From: Ancylonema sp.
Taxonomy: Eukaryota
Direction: 5' to 3'
DNA: 64,000 nt
Assembly (NCBI GenBank): GCA_050230475.1
Contig: JBFLGF010000122.1
Span: 1 to 64,000 of the forward strand
The notes beneath the pieces were generated by a model. That model was not told where the DNA came from and ran no database searches. It worked only from the letters and a program-made list of their open reading frames with translations. A program made the position numbers and the translations under genes. Position 1 is the first letter of the stretch. Every line of letters begins with the position of its first letter. This document shows positions 1 to 18,000 of the stretch, in pieces.

Positions 1-1317
1 TTTTGTTCAGACATGTCGTCGATACTGTTGTCAAAGATACTATTCGAGGTGACAGTAAAGGGTACTGCAGGAACCACAACAACGGGTGTTGTGCCTGTGA
101 TAACCTCTGCTGACGGTCCACCTAGTTGAAGAAAAACGTCTACAGGCTCTTCGTCAAATAGCGTGATTGGTAAGATGGTTTCGAGGTGACGGAGGTTGTT
201 GTCTAACTCTGAATGTTCTAAATTCGCCAGAGTAGAATTCAAATGACTGTCGGGTGAATTCTTGATCAAACGGTTGGATTGGTCTCATGTCCACTGCATA
301 CACTAGAATTCCAAAATCTAGTAATCCATAAAATTTTCTTTGGTTGCGGCCGATTTGGATCGACAATGACTACTATGCCACTATTCGTATGGTATATGTC
401 CAAAGCCAGGGTGCTGAGAATAACCAAGGGTGACAGGTCACGGGGTCGGATTTTTTTTTTTCCTCGTTTCGTACCTGCAGACCTCGATGCGAAGAAGCTC
501 TTCCGGTGGTCAGTTTAGAGTACATTGGTGTAGGTTGAATCCCTACTGACCACACAAGAATGTAATTCAAGCACGGTATGTGACTTATCAACGATTTTTT
601 CCGTAGCTACTACTCGCCGAAAGCTAAGATGCACTCAACGCTTAGTGGTGGGAGGTATAAAAACAACACTAAGGTTAATCAGGCGTTGCAGGTTATCGTA
701 CTTCACAACAAGTGACAGCTACGAGTAAAGAGAACGCAAGGCAAATAGCTATAGAATTTCTACAAGGGTGCAGAATGAATGATAATTGGTTGCGTCAGGA
801 TGCGCACTCACTATTGGTTTCGGAAATCAAACGTTGTCGTGAATAAAACGATTCACTGATAAACTGGAACGGGTGCAGGCAATTCAAGGGTGAATTGTCT
901 GACTGAGCTCGCACGAAACGGTGCAGCTAATTGTAACGATTTCTGACGTCAGCAAAACGGCTGACAATCAAGAACTTACAAGGGTCACGATTTTGCAAAG
1001 GTAACGATAATTTTGACTACGACAGAATTTCACACGATGCGTATGCAAAACGGCACACGGCTTTTTGTACTACTTGAGATGCGACAGCACGCACAAGCAA
1101 ACACGCAATTTCACAGAACTTACGGCTGGATGGAGCGACGCGAAGTTTGCAAAAATTCACAGAGAATATCAAAGGCGAAACGGCACACTTGATAACGATT
1201 GTTGACGATTTCAGAATACACGAATTCATAGAGATTGCAAAGATGGCGATTGCAAAGAGTTGTTGAAATTCAGACAACGTAAACTGACAGCGGAAGCTGG
1301 CAGTTCAGAAAGACTTA

Positions 1318-2017
1318 GGCTTTGGTACAATGACGCGCCGTTTCACACGCGCGTAATCTAGATCTTATCTTGATTTATGGTAGAAAACAAATATCGACTA
1401 GACAACTAATCGTGACTGTCTATTCCAGAGTTCTAGATTTAACACGTGCGGCGGTTCAAACGCCAGGCTGGCTGACTGAGATAAAGCTCGGCGCGCATTG
1501 GGAATCTTCTAACTCGTCGATACGACAAAATACTCCGAATTAAAATCAAAAAAGTGGTACACCGACTTTTCTAGATTGACTGAGTATAAAAAATTTATAA
1601 AATCAAACGTCTGACTGATTGAAACTCATATAACGACAGAGTTCAATACAACGACTAAAAATCGACAATTACCAAAATTGCTATTTTTCAAGCGGATCGA
1701 CAATTAAAAAGACTTTACTTTCTAACGATCTCTAGCGGCATGACAGGCATATTGGGCTTCCAACGATGAAACTCGTAAAAAAAAAACGCTAAATATTGGA
1801 AGTGTACGATATGGTACTGTAGATTCGAAAAAACCAAAGTATTTGTAAAAAGAATCGATGTCCACGTCATTCTAAAGTCGCAATGATTATCGTGATTACG
1901 CTTGATCATCTTTAAGTCCAAATGAAATGACCTTGAGTTCGATCGTAGTTTTCGCGGTTGACCTCGTTTTTAACATTTTCCATGTCATAGAGTTGTCAAG
2001 ATCCCGGTATCTCTACA
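1318..2017 (-). mobile_element. Probable 5' LTR (~1331-2017) plus primer-binding site of an LTR retrotransposon whose body runs off the left edge
   Basis: The minus strand begins TGTAGAGATACCGG at 2017 and ends ...GGCGCGTCA at 1331. It is followed directly by TTGTACCAAAGCC, a degenerate match to the tRNA-iMet PBS (TGGTATCAGAGC). No recognisable gag/pol in 1-1317. Confidence 0.5.
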
Positions 2018-3329
2018 TCCTACCATCAATCGTGAGAAAATGATCGGTGTGGCGTCGTAGTGCCAAAGGAATCTACAATTTCGAAATCCTTTGCCATTAT
2101 CGGCACCGCAACCTTATCTATCTAGTGCACTAAAAGATTTTGGGAGCTTTGTACTCTCGACGGATAAAGCCTACTCGGAGACAGCCTTTGACCAATTCTT
2201 ACGTTCACTATTTTGTTGCATTTTCCTTCCTTAAATCTGAATTGTCGTGAGAACTTCATTGGCTTGCCAACGTTGTCGATTCACAAAATGAAGAACCTTT
2301 GTGTATTTTCAACCTAGAGAACTACAAGGACAGAATTGTGGCAAGTGTTGGCGGAGGACAAATGTTGTCGTTTGAAGTTAATGGGACGCACGATGATCGT
2401 GTAAAGTTAATGGGGCTCAGCAACCTGAGAACGAGATCACGAAAACAAGAAAATGGGATGTGAGTCTCGACACACGCCCGATAAGTGTATCCCGAATACG
2501 AATCTATTCATTATTCATGCTCTGATTTTTACACAGGGATGCATATTTTTTGGAGGTACTTGTGAGGCGATTACTTTTTATTTGTTAAAATGTAGTCGAG
2601 TGAGAGGCCTCGGGCAGTTTTAGGTAATGTGATCGTACACATGTAAAACGTAAACTTAGAGGAGGATGGTTGTAAGAATTGTTGAGCATGAGTCGTTTTC
2701 GATCTATGCATATGATGTTAGGATTAATAATTTAGATATAAAAAATCCAGGAAATAAAAGAAAGAATGAGAAGAGTAGTAGTTTTTCATGGCCACCCAAT
2801 CATACAACGGTAGTGTCGGATAAGTGTGGGGGCTAAAACCGTGAGAAAATGCATATGTTTTACTATACGCGTAAAACACCAAAAATTTCAATACGCTGAA
2901 TACAACGTATTGTGACCCCATCGTATTGATAGCATTTTACGTAATGTGCAATATGCGAAGATGTAAATTTCCTCAACCTTACCACTAAGAGAACAAGTTC
3001 TTCCCCTCCTCCCCAATATGTTCGGAATATCGAGTAACTTCAACAACAAGGCGGGAGGGAGGGGGGGGGGGGACCAATAACATAGAGAAGATGAATAACA
3101 AGAAGAAGGGAATAGTAAAACACAACAAACAAGCATATACGAGGAAAAAAGAAAAACAAGCGGGAATACACAAACCACACCTCGTTTGCCGAGGGAAATG
3201 AGGAAATTCCGGTCGAAATCCGAATCGGTGTAGTACCCACTTGTTGGATTCCCACGTGAGACGGTGCTTATTGTATAAATAGAGAAATCATATTACTCCA
3301 CCCTTTAGATATCACAAGTTCATTGTTCT

Positions 3330-5682
3330 ATACACAGTACAAGGACATTCGGTGACAAATTTCTGAAATAATTTGTATTTGTAGAGAGTGTCGTTCTGCT
3401 AATATCGAGGGCGATTTTGTATTGATTTTTAAAAAGCTCAAAACAATTGTCCTTATATCGAGGTTGTCCTTATACAGAGGGTCCTTATGTCGAGGGAGCA
3501 CTGGACATGACGACAATTTCTTCGAACTTTTGCATCATCAATATACAAAGCCTCGATATGAGCAACACGACACTAAATATATTATACATAAATGCCGTTA
3601 TATTGTGCATAAAACGCTACTTGTCGCACATATCGATGTATGAAAAAAACGAGACAAGTTTTGAACGACCCAAAAAAGTGTAATCTATATCCAATCATGG
3701 AAATGGCATAAAGGATTTGGGTTATGTCTGTTGAAATGTAAACAAAAAAAAGGGTGATAAGTTTTATTTTCCACTCACATTTTAGAATCACCTTCGTAGT
3801 TCTCTTCAACGTGTATTGCCTACCAAAGAATGTCTATGTTGTCCATATCGATTTTTTTTACTCAATGTCTAAGAAAAGCACTAACATGTTGTTAGTGCTA
3901 CTATTGCTTCGTAGGACTCTTAATACTTCTCAGTCTCATTACGCCCTTGTATAGCATTCATCAAAACACATATACTGAATTCGATGATGATCCCTTGTCA
4001 CATACAGTGACATGTAAACAGCACATTTGGTAATACACTTTGCTTCATTTATGAGGTCCCCCTATACAACGACACTCATTTCAACATCCACTAGGAAACG
4101 TCTTTCCATAATGTATAACGACACCTCTCTATAACGACATTTTTCCGTTTGTTTTTTTTGTTTTGTTTCGAGGGTTTGTTACAACAATTCCGCGCGTATG
4201 ACGCCCGCATGAGATTTTGCACGCGCGACTAGATTTTTCCCTCCACATAACGAAAAATTGTATGACAAGTTTATGTACAGTGTAGTCTTGATATAGTGAC
4301 ATTTGTATAGACATAGGGATTTAATGTCACTATGTCGAATGCTAGGGTTGTCACTACACACTGTACAGTGACATTTGATCGGGCGACATAATGCAAATGT
4401 CACTATATCGAGAGAAAGTGAAATTTAGTATTTTTAAGGGAGGTGGCTCATCTAAATGGCGTTTGTTATTATATCCACTCGCTACATTAAAAGTTGTCTA
4501 CATTAACTAATGGAACCATAAAAAATAAATGAAAGTAGACTGGTTATCAATTTACACGTCAGATTTTGGGTGAAAACCGAAATCGGGCGGAATATTTTCC
4601 ACTAGATTAGACATGTTTATAATTTACGTAGTATAGATTCAGACACATTTCACCGTATAGTGACATCGCAATATTAAAATTTGGGTTTTTTTTGTCACAA
4701 TATCGTATGTTACGGTAGCGATTGTCATAATATGCGAGTAGGTTTTCATATAGGATTAGAAAATGGGCAAAAAAAATGTAATTTAATCGAGATTTTTACT
4801 GTAGAGTGTGTCACTATATCAAGACTCCACTGTATTTTACCAATGTCGTCTTGTTCCCCGGCCGAAATTGGCTCGATACAAGAAGAAGAGCCGTAGATAG
4901 ACCATACCGCCCGGAGATAAAGATGTCGGGCCAAACATAAATATATCGATTTCTCGCATATAATGTATGTAATGTATGAAAAAACATATGAAATAATGTC
5001 GATGCAAGTGTTGAGAATTATGGGTGTAGACTCATATTCATCTATCTCATGCAACTTGGGGTCGAATCATGTCAATATTAGTATATGTGTCCGTTTGTTA
5101 TGCCATATTGTTAGTTGTTGCTAACAATCTTAATCTTTTTCAATCCACGAGAAAATACACTAAGGACTCAAATAACTTTGGTTTTTTTGAATATTTAAGA
5201 TTTTTATTTATTTATTGCGGTTCTTAATTCGGATTTATTTTTATTATCTTCATGACAAGTATTAGTTTGTCTTTGCCTTCCAACAATTGTCTATATTGCG
5301 CATGACCTTCAAGTTTACTTCATGTCTATAAAAATATGCGAGTAATTTGTTGCTTAGTACGACCTTATTACTTCCCAACTCTCCTCGTAAAGTTGGTCAA
5401 ATATGTTTTGCTAGTCACTGTGTACTCGTCTCATTACGCACGTGTATATCTTGCATCACAACACACAAGTTGAAATGGATGAAGATGCCGAGGCAACTTA
5501 CTCTAAACAATACGTAAACAACATATTTGCTTATCTACTTTGCTTCATTCACGAAGTCCCTCGATACAAGGACACACATTTTGCAATCCAGTAGTGAATG
5601 TCCTTATACAGTGTATGAGAACACCTCGATACAATGACTTTTTTGTGGTATTTTCTTTTGTTCTTATATCGAGGGTGCACTG
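3330..5682. mobile_element. Fragments of a second pogo-like MITE family (CCTCGATATAACGAC motif), interleaved with the element above
   Basis: Terminal motif TCGAGGGAGCACTG (~3501) / TCGAGGGTGCACTGTA (~5682). Internal blocks at 3330-3500, 3790-4140 and 5340-5680 resemble the fuller copy at 45109-45738. Confidence 0.6.
4278..4832. mobile_element. Tc1/mariner (pogo-like) MITE
   Basis: TIRs CAGTGTAGTCTTGATATAGTGAC / GTCACTATATCAAGACTCCACTG, TA on both sides. Same family as 52115-52673. Confidence 0.85.
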
Positions 5683-5716
5683 TAGAAGGTTTCTTGATGA
5701 AGGGGGTCGTTATGAC

Positions 5717-6136
5717 TAGTGTGCGGGGAGCCCAACGAAACCCTTTGGGCTCCGGACTCCGCCGGATCCGAGCTCAAGATCGCGGCTCTGGGCTCATTTC
5801 CGGATCCCGGAGCCCGGAGCCCAAGATCCAGGCTCGGAGCTTCCGTGGAGCCCGGCTCGGAGCCCAGAATTCACCCAAAAAAAAAAAAAAAACACTCATC
5901 ATTTCTCTCCTGATGATCTGACCGTATCCGTCTGCTTTCCCGTCTTTTTCATGAATTTATGAATAATGGGCTCCGAGCCCGGATCTGAGCCTGGATCCGA
6001 GCCCGGATCTTACGCTCCGACATGGGCTCCGACATTTAGCTCGGAGCCGGAGAAAAAACACCCCTTTGGGCTCCGGGCTCAATGAGCCCAGATCTTGGGC
6101 TCATTGGCCTCATTGAGCTCCGAGCTCCGCACACTA
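5717..6136. mobile_element. hAT-type MITE (GAGCCCGG-rich)
   Basis: TIR TAGTGTGCGG / CCGCACACTA with a perfect 8-bp TSD GTTATGAC (5709-5716, 6137-6144). Many GAGCCCGGA/TCCGGGCTC subterminal repeats. Confidence 0.9.
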
Positions 6137-6421
6137 GTTATGACGAGGGACTACTTGTACCGCTGAGCGGACACCGACATGATCACCCGTGCTCAGGCTG
6201 TCCACCGACATTTGTCGCCAGCAACCTATGCCTCCGCTTTCTGCTCCGGAGGTCTGAAAAGAGGCCAACTTTGGCCCTTCAACGCTGCAAAATAAGAAGT
6301 CATAGTATTCTCCTTCAGATATTGCAGCAGTGTACTCCAATTCCTGGAGCCGGTGGATTCAATGTCCCCGTGAAAGTCCTGCCACGAATCTTTGGTGTAG
6401 AAATTTGCGGAAATTGATTAG

Positions 6422-11357
<4,936 letters not shown>

Positions 11358-13004
11358 GGAGTCCATGCGGAAGACACATGTCGGAATGAATAAAACATTT
11401 TTTTTTAAATTAATTCGATGTTTTCTTCTTGAGATTTTGTGTTCCCTTGTTTTTACATGGCATTCCATATAAAAATGGAATGGAAAGAAGGAAATGTCAA
11501 TGGAAATCATAAGCTCCACAAATACCGTATCGCTCAAAGATATTATAATGATAAGTCATACAATAAAACTTGTGTGACAGAATTCTTTTGGGGGGGAGAA
11601 ACAATATTATTTTTGACAGGTTATTCATTGACACAGTTGAAATAACTACACTCCCCAACGTTTGGTGGGGACATTATCGATTCTTTTAGAGAGGTTATTA
11701 TTTTCGACAGTTTTCTTTTAGACACGTTTTACTATTACGATATAATTAACAGTAATAATCATGATGAAAAAACGAAAGTATCGCTTAAAGATATTGACAC
11801 TGGGACGATCTCGATTAGGGTAGATCAAACAAGTGGATCAATCACATTTTTGGCCACCGGTATTTTTTTTGTGGTTCGCTTCATGATACTGAAACCAACT
11901 TTCGATAGGTTTCCAACCACGTTCCTGTTTATCAAGCATAAAAGCTGGGTTGGAAGGTCATCCGAAACCCATAAAATCTTCACACAATCGGATTTTTTTT
12001 GGAGTGCGTTTAGAACACGGGCGTTCGTAGATTCACTATGGTCTACAAGGGTGGGAGCGTGTGTGTTGTACATGCACTTGTAGTCACTAAGTGTCTCACA
12101 CATGTAAGCATTCTCCGATCCGATGTTATTCTCCGATGCAGGTGAAGCCCTATCCAAATTCAATTTAAATCCTGAATAAGGTATACTACGAATGTTAGTG
12201 TTGGTCACAGAATTGTGACTCTTCAACGCTTGATTGTGCATGTTGCAAAGGGGATACACAATTGCCACGTCAACTGGTCACACGTGGTCTAGGCTTCATT
12301 AACTAAATGAAACACGCTTCTAAGAATTAGCCGCTTTTATGTTCGAACCGGGTCCGATATGAAACCATTTCGGAACCGGGGACCCGAGATCGAGGAACCG
12401 TGATCCCCCTTTTCGAGATCAAGAGCATCTCGAAAATGTTGAACTTACGAGGTATGGATGTACACCCAGCAATTGATCGCGCCCGTTTCTCTCACAAGTG
12501 CATTGGCTCAAATATTGACTATCAGATGTTCAGTTCGGTTGGCTTAAAGCCGAAACCACCCTAAGAATTCATTATCGGAGGGGAGTATCGACGATAATAG
12601 TCAATATCGACGAATCCGACGGCTAGACCAATAATGGTTACAATCGGGTTATGCCCTCGCATGACCCATATCTGATAGCACTGGTACACTGTCAAGAAAT
12701 GCAAAGAGTAGATGTGTAATTTTGTCACATTCATATCCACGACTTTTCGGTATGCAGGAATTTGATGTTAGGTCATATAAAATACTTTTGAGCGAGTCGA
12801 GTGTTTCATGGTTCACTTGAATATTGATTAGCGTTGAAGTTGTTGTACAAGTACCGAGGTCTTGGAGGAAGAAGCTACAACTGAATCTCAAGAATGCTAT
12901 TTAAGAATAAATGTATTCAAGTTGTAAGACTTCCAAATATGTTTGTTAGATTATTCTTGTTGTGCTCAGTGTATCGATTCCATATTTGAAGAGAAGATAC
13001 CATA

Positions 13005-13510
13005 CCGGCCAGGTTTATAGCCCCACCGATTCGAAAAAATATTTAGTTTACGTTAGCCCCAGCCCCGTACCAATTATTTTTTAGTCCCCACCCTTAGCCC
13101 CACCCCAATTCTGGCAATTACTTTCGTTGCCCCAGCGAAGATAAGGCCCCACCCCGTTATCGGTATAACGGGGTTTGCTCCCGTCAAATAATACAAACCC
13201 AAAAAAAACTCTCGAATCTGCTGTTAGCCCGTAATATGAGCGCCTCCATGTTGGGCTCCTGGAACATATATGGGCTACAGGCTTAACGGAGCCCCCGTCT
13301 CCGGGTTGCGACCCGTTAGCCCGCTGCCCGGCTCGTAGACTCATTGGATAAAGCCCCAGGCGGGAAAAATGAATTTTGGATAATGCCCCAGGCCAAAATA
13401 TTGCCCGAATTTACTGGTACTTAAGGCCCCAATTTACATTTTTTGAATTAATTTCCTTGCCCCGCCCCAGCACTTTGGTAATTATTTTCGGGGGCTATAA
13501 ACTTGGCCGG
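13005..13510. mobile_element. Tc1/mariner-type MITE
   Basis: TIRs CCGGCCAGGTTTATAGCCCC / GGGGCTATAAACTTGGCCGG with TA flanks. Confidence 0.85.
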
Positions 13511-15015
13511 TACGGTACATCCTTCACAAATTTGGTACTATGTAGTTTAAAGTCGATGAAATTGGTAGTCGGGGAACAATATGATTGGATTTGTGATAGC
13601 TGTTCAGTTATGAAAAAGTGGAAGAGACAGTGACTACCTCTTTACAATCAAACCACTACTTGCACTCTTATTGAGTTGAACATTACAACCTAAACAACCA
13701 TTCCATTCCGGCTCATGCCATCCTATCCATTCCGGCCTTTCGCCATCTTTGCTTGTGTGCATTTGCAAATTGCTTTCTAGGGACGTCTTTGCATCCGCCC
13801 CTAACATTGGAACCTTAGTCCGCCGTTCCGTGCAACCACCACTCTGGCTAGCTTCAATCCCCAACCCTTTTCCTAAATGATACCGTAACTCTTCCTCCAC
13901 CCCCTTCCCCCAACAAAAAATAAGTAATAATCGTTACCCCACCCCAACTTAATTATAGAAATTAAGTACATTATTACCTCAACGACTTAATAACCCAACC
14001 CGGCAGCGGGTTTCTAGTTGTTTTGGACCCTAAATGGACACGATAATAGCCTCTAAATTTAACAAAGCTTGTAATTAAAAGTTCCTAGTATCCGCGCCAA
14101 AACGAAGATTGAAATGGGTGTGGGCTCTCGGGGTCTCGGCTCCCCACGTAGGAGCCGACTCGAGCGTGAGCCCGGGATCGGGCTAGGGGACTCGAGGGGT
14201 CCTCGGATTATGCTTGACACGATAGAAATACCGGTTATTTAGAGTTTGTTGCCACCACTACTCCGGTAGGCAGAAAACACATAGTTAGGTCAATGACGCT
14301 CGTGTTGCGCGTATTCCGAGCGCGCTCGCTACGCGCTCACAAATGTCCCGAGCGGCTCGTGCCCCACTATGCTCCTAGTATTGGGATAATACCCCACAAG
14401 CGAAAAACAAAAGATTACCGATGGTATTACAGACCGCAAAATCGAAAATCTTGAATCTAGGGGGGATAACAGTACGGCCTCTATGCGGCTTCGACGATGG
14501 GGATCATGCGTTACACCGGCAAGAGGCCTTCCAATGCGACAACGCCGGTACATCCGATGGGCGTGTGCCTTTCGTACAACAAAATCTTGGACGCCATATG
14601 TTCGCCTGAATCTTGGGAATGCCAAAAGTCTGTTGGAACTTCCAGCTTCCAGCTTGTTGTCTGTGACGTCACAATCGAAGAAAGCCGGAATCCTGTGCAT
14701 GGGATCGAGCCACGTTCCAGTCTCTGGCACACGTAACAGAGAATGGGAATGGGGCCGCTTCCATCCACGTTATTCCGTACAGCCAAATGTCCCGTTTTTC
14801 CCGTTCCCTGCAAGAAGAAACACGCTGCTGCTGCTGTACTCACCTCGCAAAATAAAGAGGTTCAGGGGCTGCTGTTCCGAAGTGCCGCTACTTCGTGCTA
14901 AAATATCCAGCCTACTGATTCTGGAGTCGCTTAGGTTATCGGCTGAGGGAATTGGCGATTAAAAATTATATATTCCCAAGTTTCTGAGAGAGATATCGAG
15001 TGATTAGGTGCACAA

Positions 15016-18000
15016 ATGCAGACATTCAGTATTTTCGAAAAGATGCAAAAACAATTAACCACGCCAGCTGAGCTACGTGGAGATAATCGTTTGGAACAAG
15101 ATTACGTCAAGCTGCAAGCGGAAGCAATTAAGTGCATGCTCGACTTCTCGCACTTCAAGGATGCGGATGAGGAGCAGAAATTCACTACGTCCATTCTTCG
15201 AGCTATGATTCTCCGTGAGGGAGACATGATGGTTGTCGCCAGAGAACTCATCTCATGTTTCTCACAGGCAGCTTTCGAGAAGATGATTGCGCCTGTAAAG
15301 CACAGGTTTTCCAAAACTCCGCGCGTGCCTTCTACATACTTCTCCGACCTTGATATGGTGAAGCTTGTGCTGTGGAGTGTTTCTGAAGTTTGGATCCCGC
15401 CATCTGGAGAAAATTATTTTCTTGAGGGCCAACCTCGAACTACGGCCAGAGTGATGTCCTTTTGCACACCGCAAATCGAACGGCTAACACGACTAGGAAG
15501 GCTCTTGGACGAGGTTTGTACGGTATCCCGTACGGTTAGAGTACGGTACGGTACGGGTTTGCCGCTGCATTTTTACGCTCATGAATAGCCAGCATCATCT
15601 ATTGAAAGTCAGACGTAGCGTGCCAGATGCAATTAAATGTTTTCAGATCACATTGCTTGTAAGAGTCGAAAATGTAATTTCTCGTCCCGTCATGTAGACC
15701 TTGCTGCATTGTAAAACATAAATTGAAGAACGGGAATCATCACGACACCTGATCGATGAACGAGACGTTCACATCCAGTGAAACCTGTATAAAATCAATA
15801 CTGTCTGGCGAAAAAAACAATATGGGGTTAGAGGGTAATTGATTTACGTGTCATTTTCCAGGTGAGAAAGAGGAAAGGGGCGGGATTTTGCCTTCTTCTT
15901 CAAATAGACAGGATATCAATATACACAACACCAATTTCACTTCACATTCAAATTTTGGCAGTAAAACAAACTTCATTTTTAGAACCTACTTGCATTAGCA
16001 AACCATTCTTGCGTTTCTACACTACATTTGCTATTCACATTAGATACATTCATTACACATATATGTAACTCGAACTATATATGTAACTACAACAAAAACC
16101 ATATATAACTACATATAACTTTATAATCATATAACTATAAACTTATGTAACCAGAACTACTCCTCTTTAGGTTTCTTATGTCGGGGTTCTACTGTATTCC
16201 AGGGCCGCGCTCGGAGCCATTGGACCCCTGGACACTTATGTGGAATCCAGGACGAGGATTTCAGACTCATCCTGTTGCGCCTTCAAGCAGATAAATGGAC
16301 CGCGATGCTTATGGAAATCCAGTTCTCGGACCCGCAATGCCCTGAGCTCACGGTGAGAGACCGTCTTCACACTCAAACCTCGGTTGTGAAATAAAACTTT
16401 TCGTTTTACGAAACTTGGGCTTCCAAGGTTTTCCCCCCGTTTTCACACTTATTTCTTACATGAAGGAGATTTATGTAAGATATACTCGTGTCAAGGAACA
16501 TTTTTCTCGCCTTTTTTAATTTCTTTTATCAGGGTTTGAGTTTGAAGAACAAATATCCATACGTGTTTCCCCCTGGAGATATCCAAATGTACTTTTTTCG
16601 CTAAATGCCCACTCATGTATGTTGTATGCACCCCCACAGGCACTCTGCCTTTTCAATGGTCTTCGGGCTTCGTGTCCATCCATAGTATTGGGGACCACAT
16701 ATATTTGTGATATATATAAATATCATATTGTGGTTCTTAACGTACATTTTGATTACAAGAAGCTCAAAAACGACGGGGTGGAGAGGGAGGAAAAAACCAG
16801 GGGGAGGAGGGGGGACAGAAAAAAAACCCCCCCCACCTATTTTCGGTTTTTTTCCCCCAGACGTGGTGCCAAAACATAAGCCGCAGCCCTCGCGATGATT
16901 GCATGCAAGCCCCACACGTGCGCGGGTCACATCTACCGAGCACAAACTCGTAACTTCTCGTTGGACTGGAGGGCAACCTACGAATCGGCGAAGACGGGTA
17001 CGTGACCCCCTTCAACCACGTCATCCACACGTACGTACATGCTTGGTAATACATATTATGATGTATCAAATGAGATTGAGGCGATATGATGTGCGGACTA
17101 CATGATGTACGGACTGTACGTTATACGGACTACGTGATGTACGAACGACATTGTACACGGACTCCATAGTGTACGGATTGCACGTTGTACGGACTACATG
17201 GTGTACGGACTATAGGACAAGACACTTATTCAAGCGAAAGTATACTCGTGAGCCTCTTAGGGATGATTTGATTATGCAATTCATTTATGTTCCTCGCGTT
17301 TCGCACCAATTCTACATTTAAATATTTTCGGCCGCAATGATATTCTTTGTTGCATTGTCTTTTTCTTTCTACTTTTGCTCCGAAGTTTAATCTAGTCTCG
17401 CCATCGTTTTACTAAACATATTGTTCCCAATGTCACTCTGACATTGGTGATAGGAGAGTATCATTGCTCATATAAAAAGATGAACGGTCTCATATTCTTG
17501 GTATGCATGTCCTATATATGATTCCACTATTATCTGTATCCTTTCAAAACTTTTTTCTGTCACTATTTATTGTGAAGTGAAATCCCGAAATAAGAAACAA
17601 AACCAAAGCCGGGATGTTTCTACCAACGAACTTGCTCACATAAATCACATCACGAGTAACAAAACACTGGAATCCATCACAAGAATTAATTGTTGTAACG
17701 AAGTTTCTCACACCGGGTTCTACTTTGCAGCTCTCAAAATCGCGGAGGCAAAAGGGGATGCGACTTTAGAGTACGTGGCGCAAACGTACATGTGTCTTAG
17801 CTACTTCAACGGCGGGGCGGGACCACTCATCACGTAATCACTCCTAAACCTCATTGGTTGACCTTATGGTTGACCTCATGGTAAAAACCCCAGCATCGAA
17901 GCGCCATGCCTTATTCTCCTACAAATCATCGGTGCCTCACCCTCCCTTTCAAAACTTCCTCAGTACACTCTCAAAGAGTTGTTCCTTACATAGGTGGCGC

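Noticed and set aside
12335..12440. tRNA or SINE (GTTCGAACC B-box-like motif plus hairpin TTTTCGAGAT...ATCTCGAAAA)
   Set aside because: No A-box or cloverleaf can be built; too little evidence.
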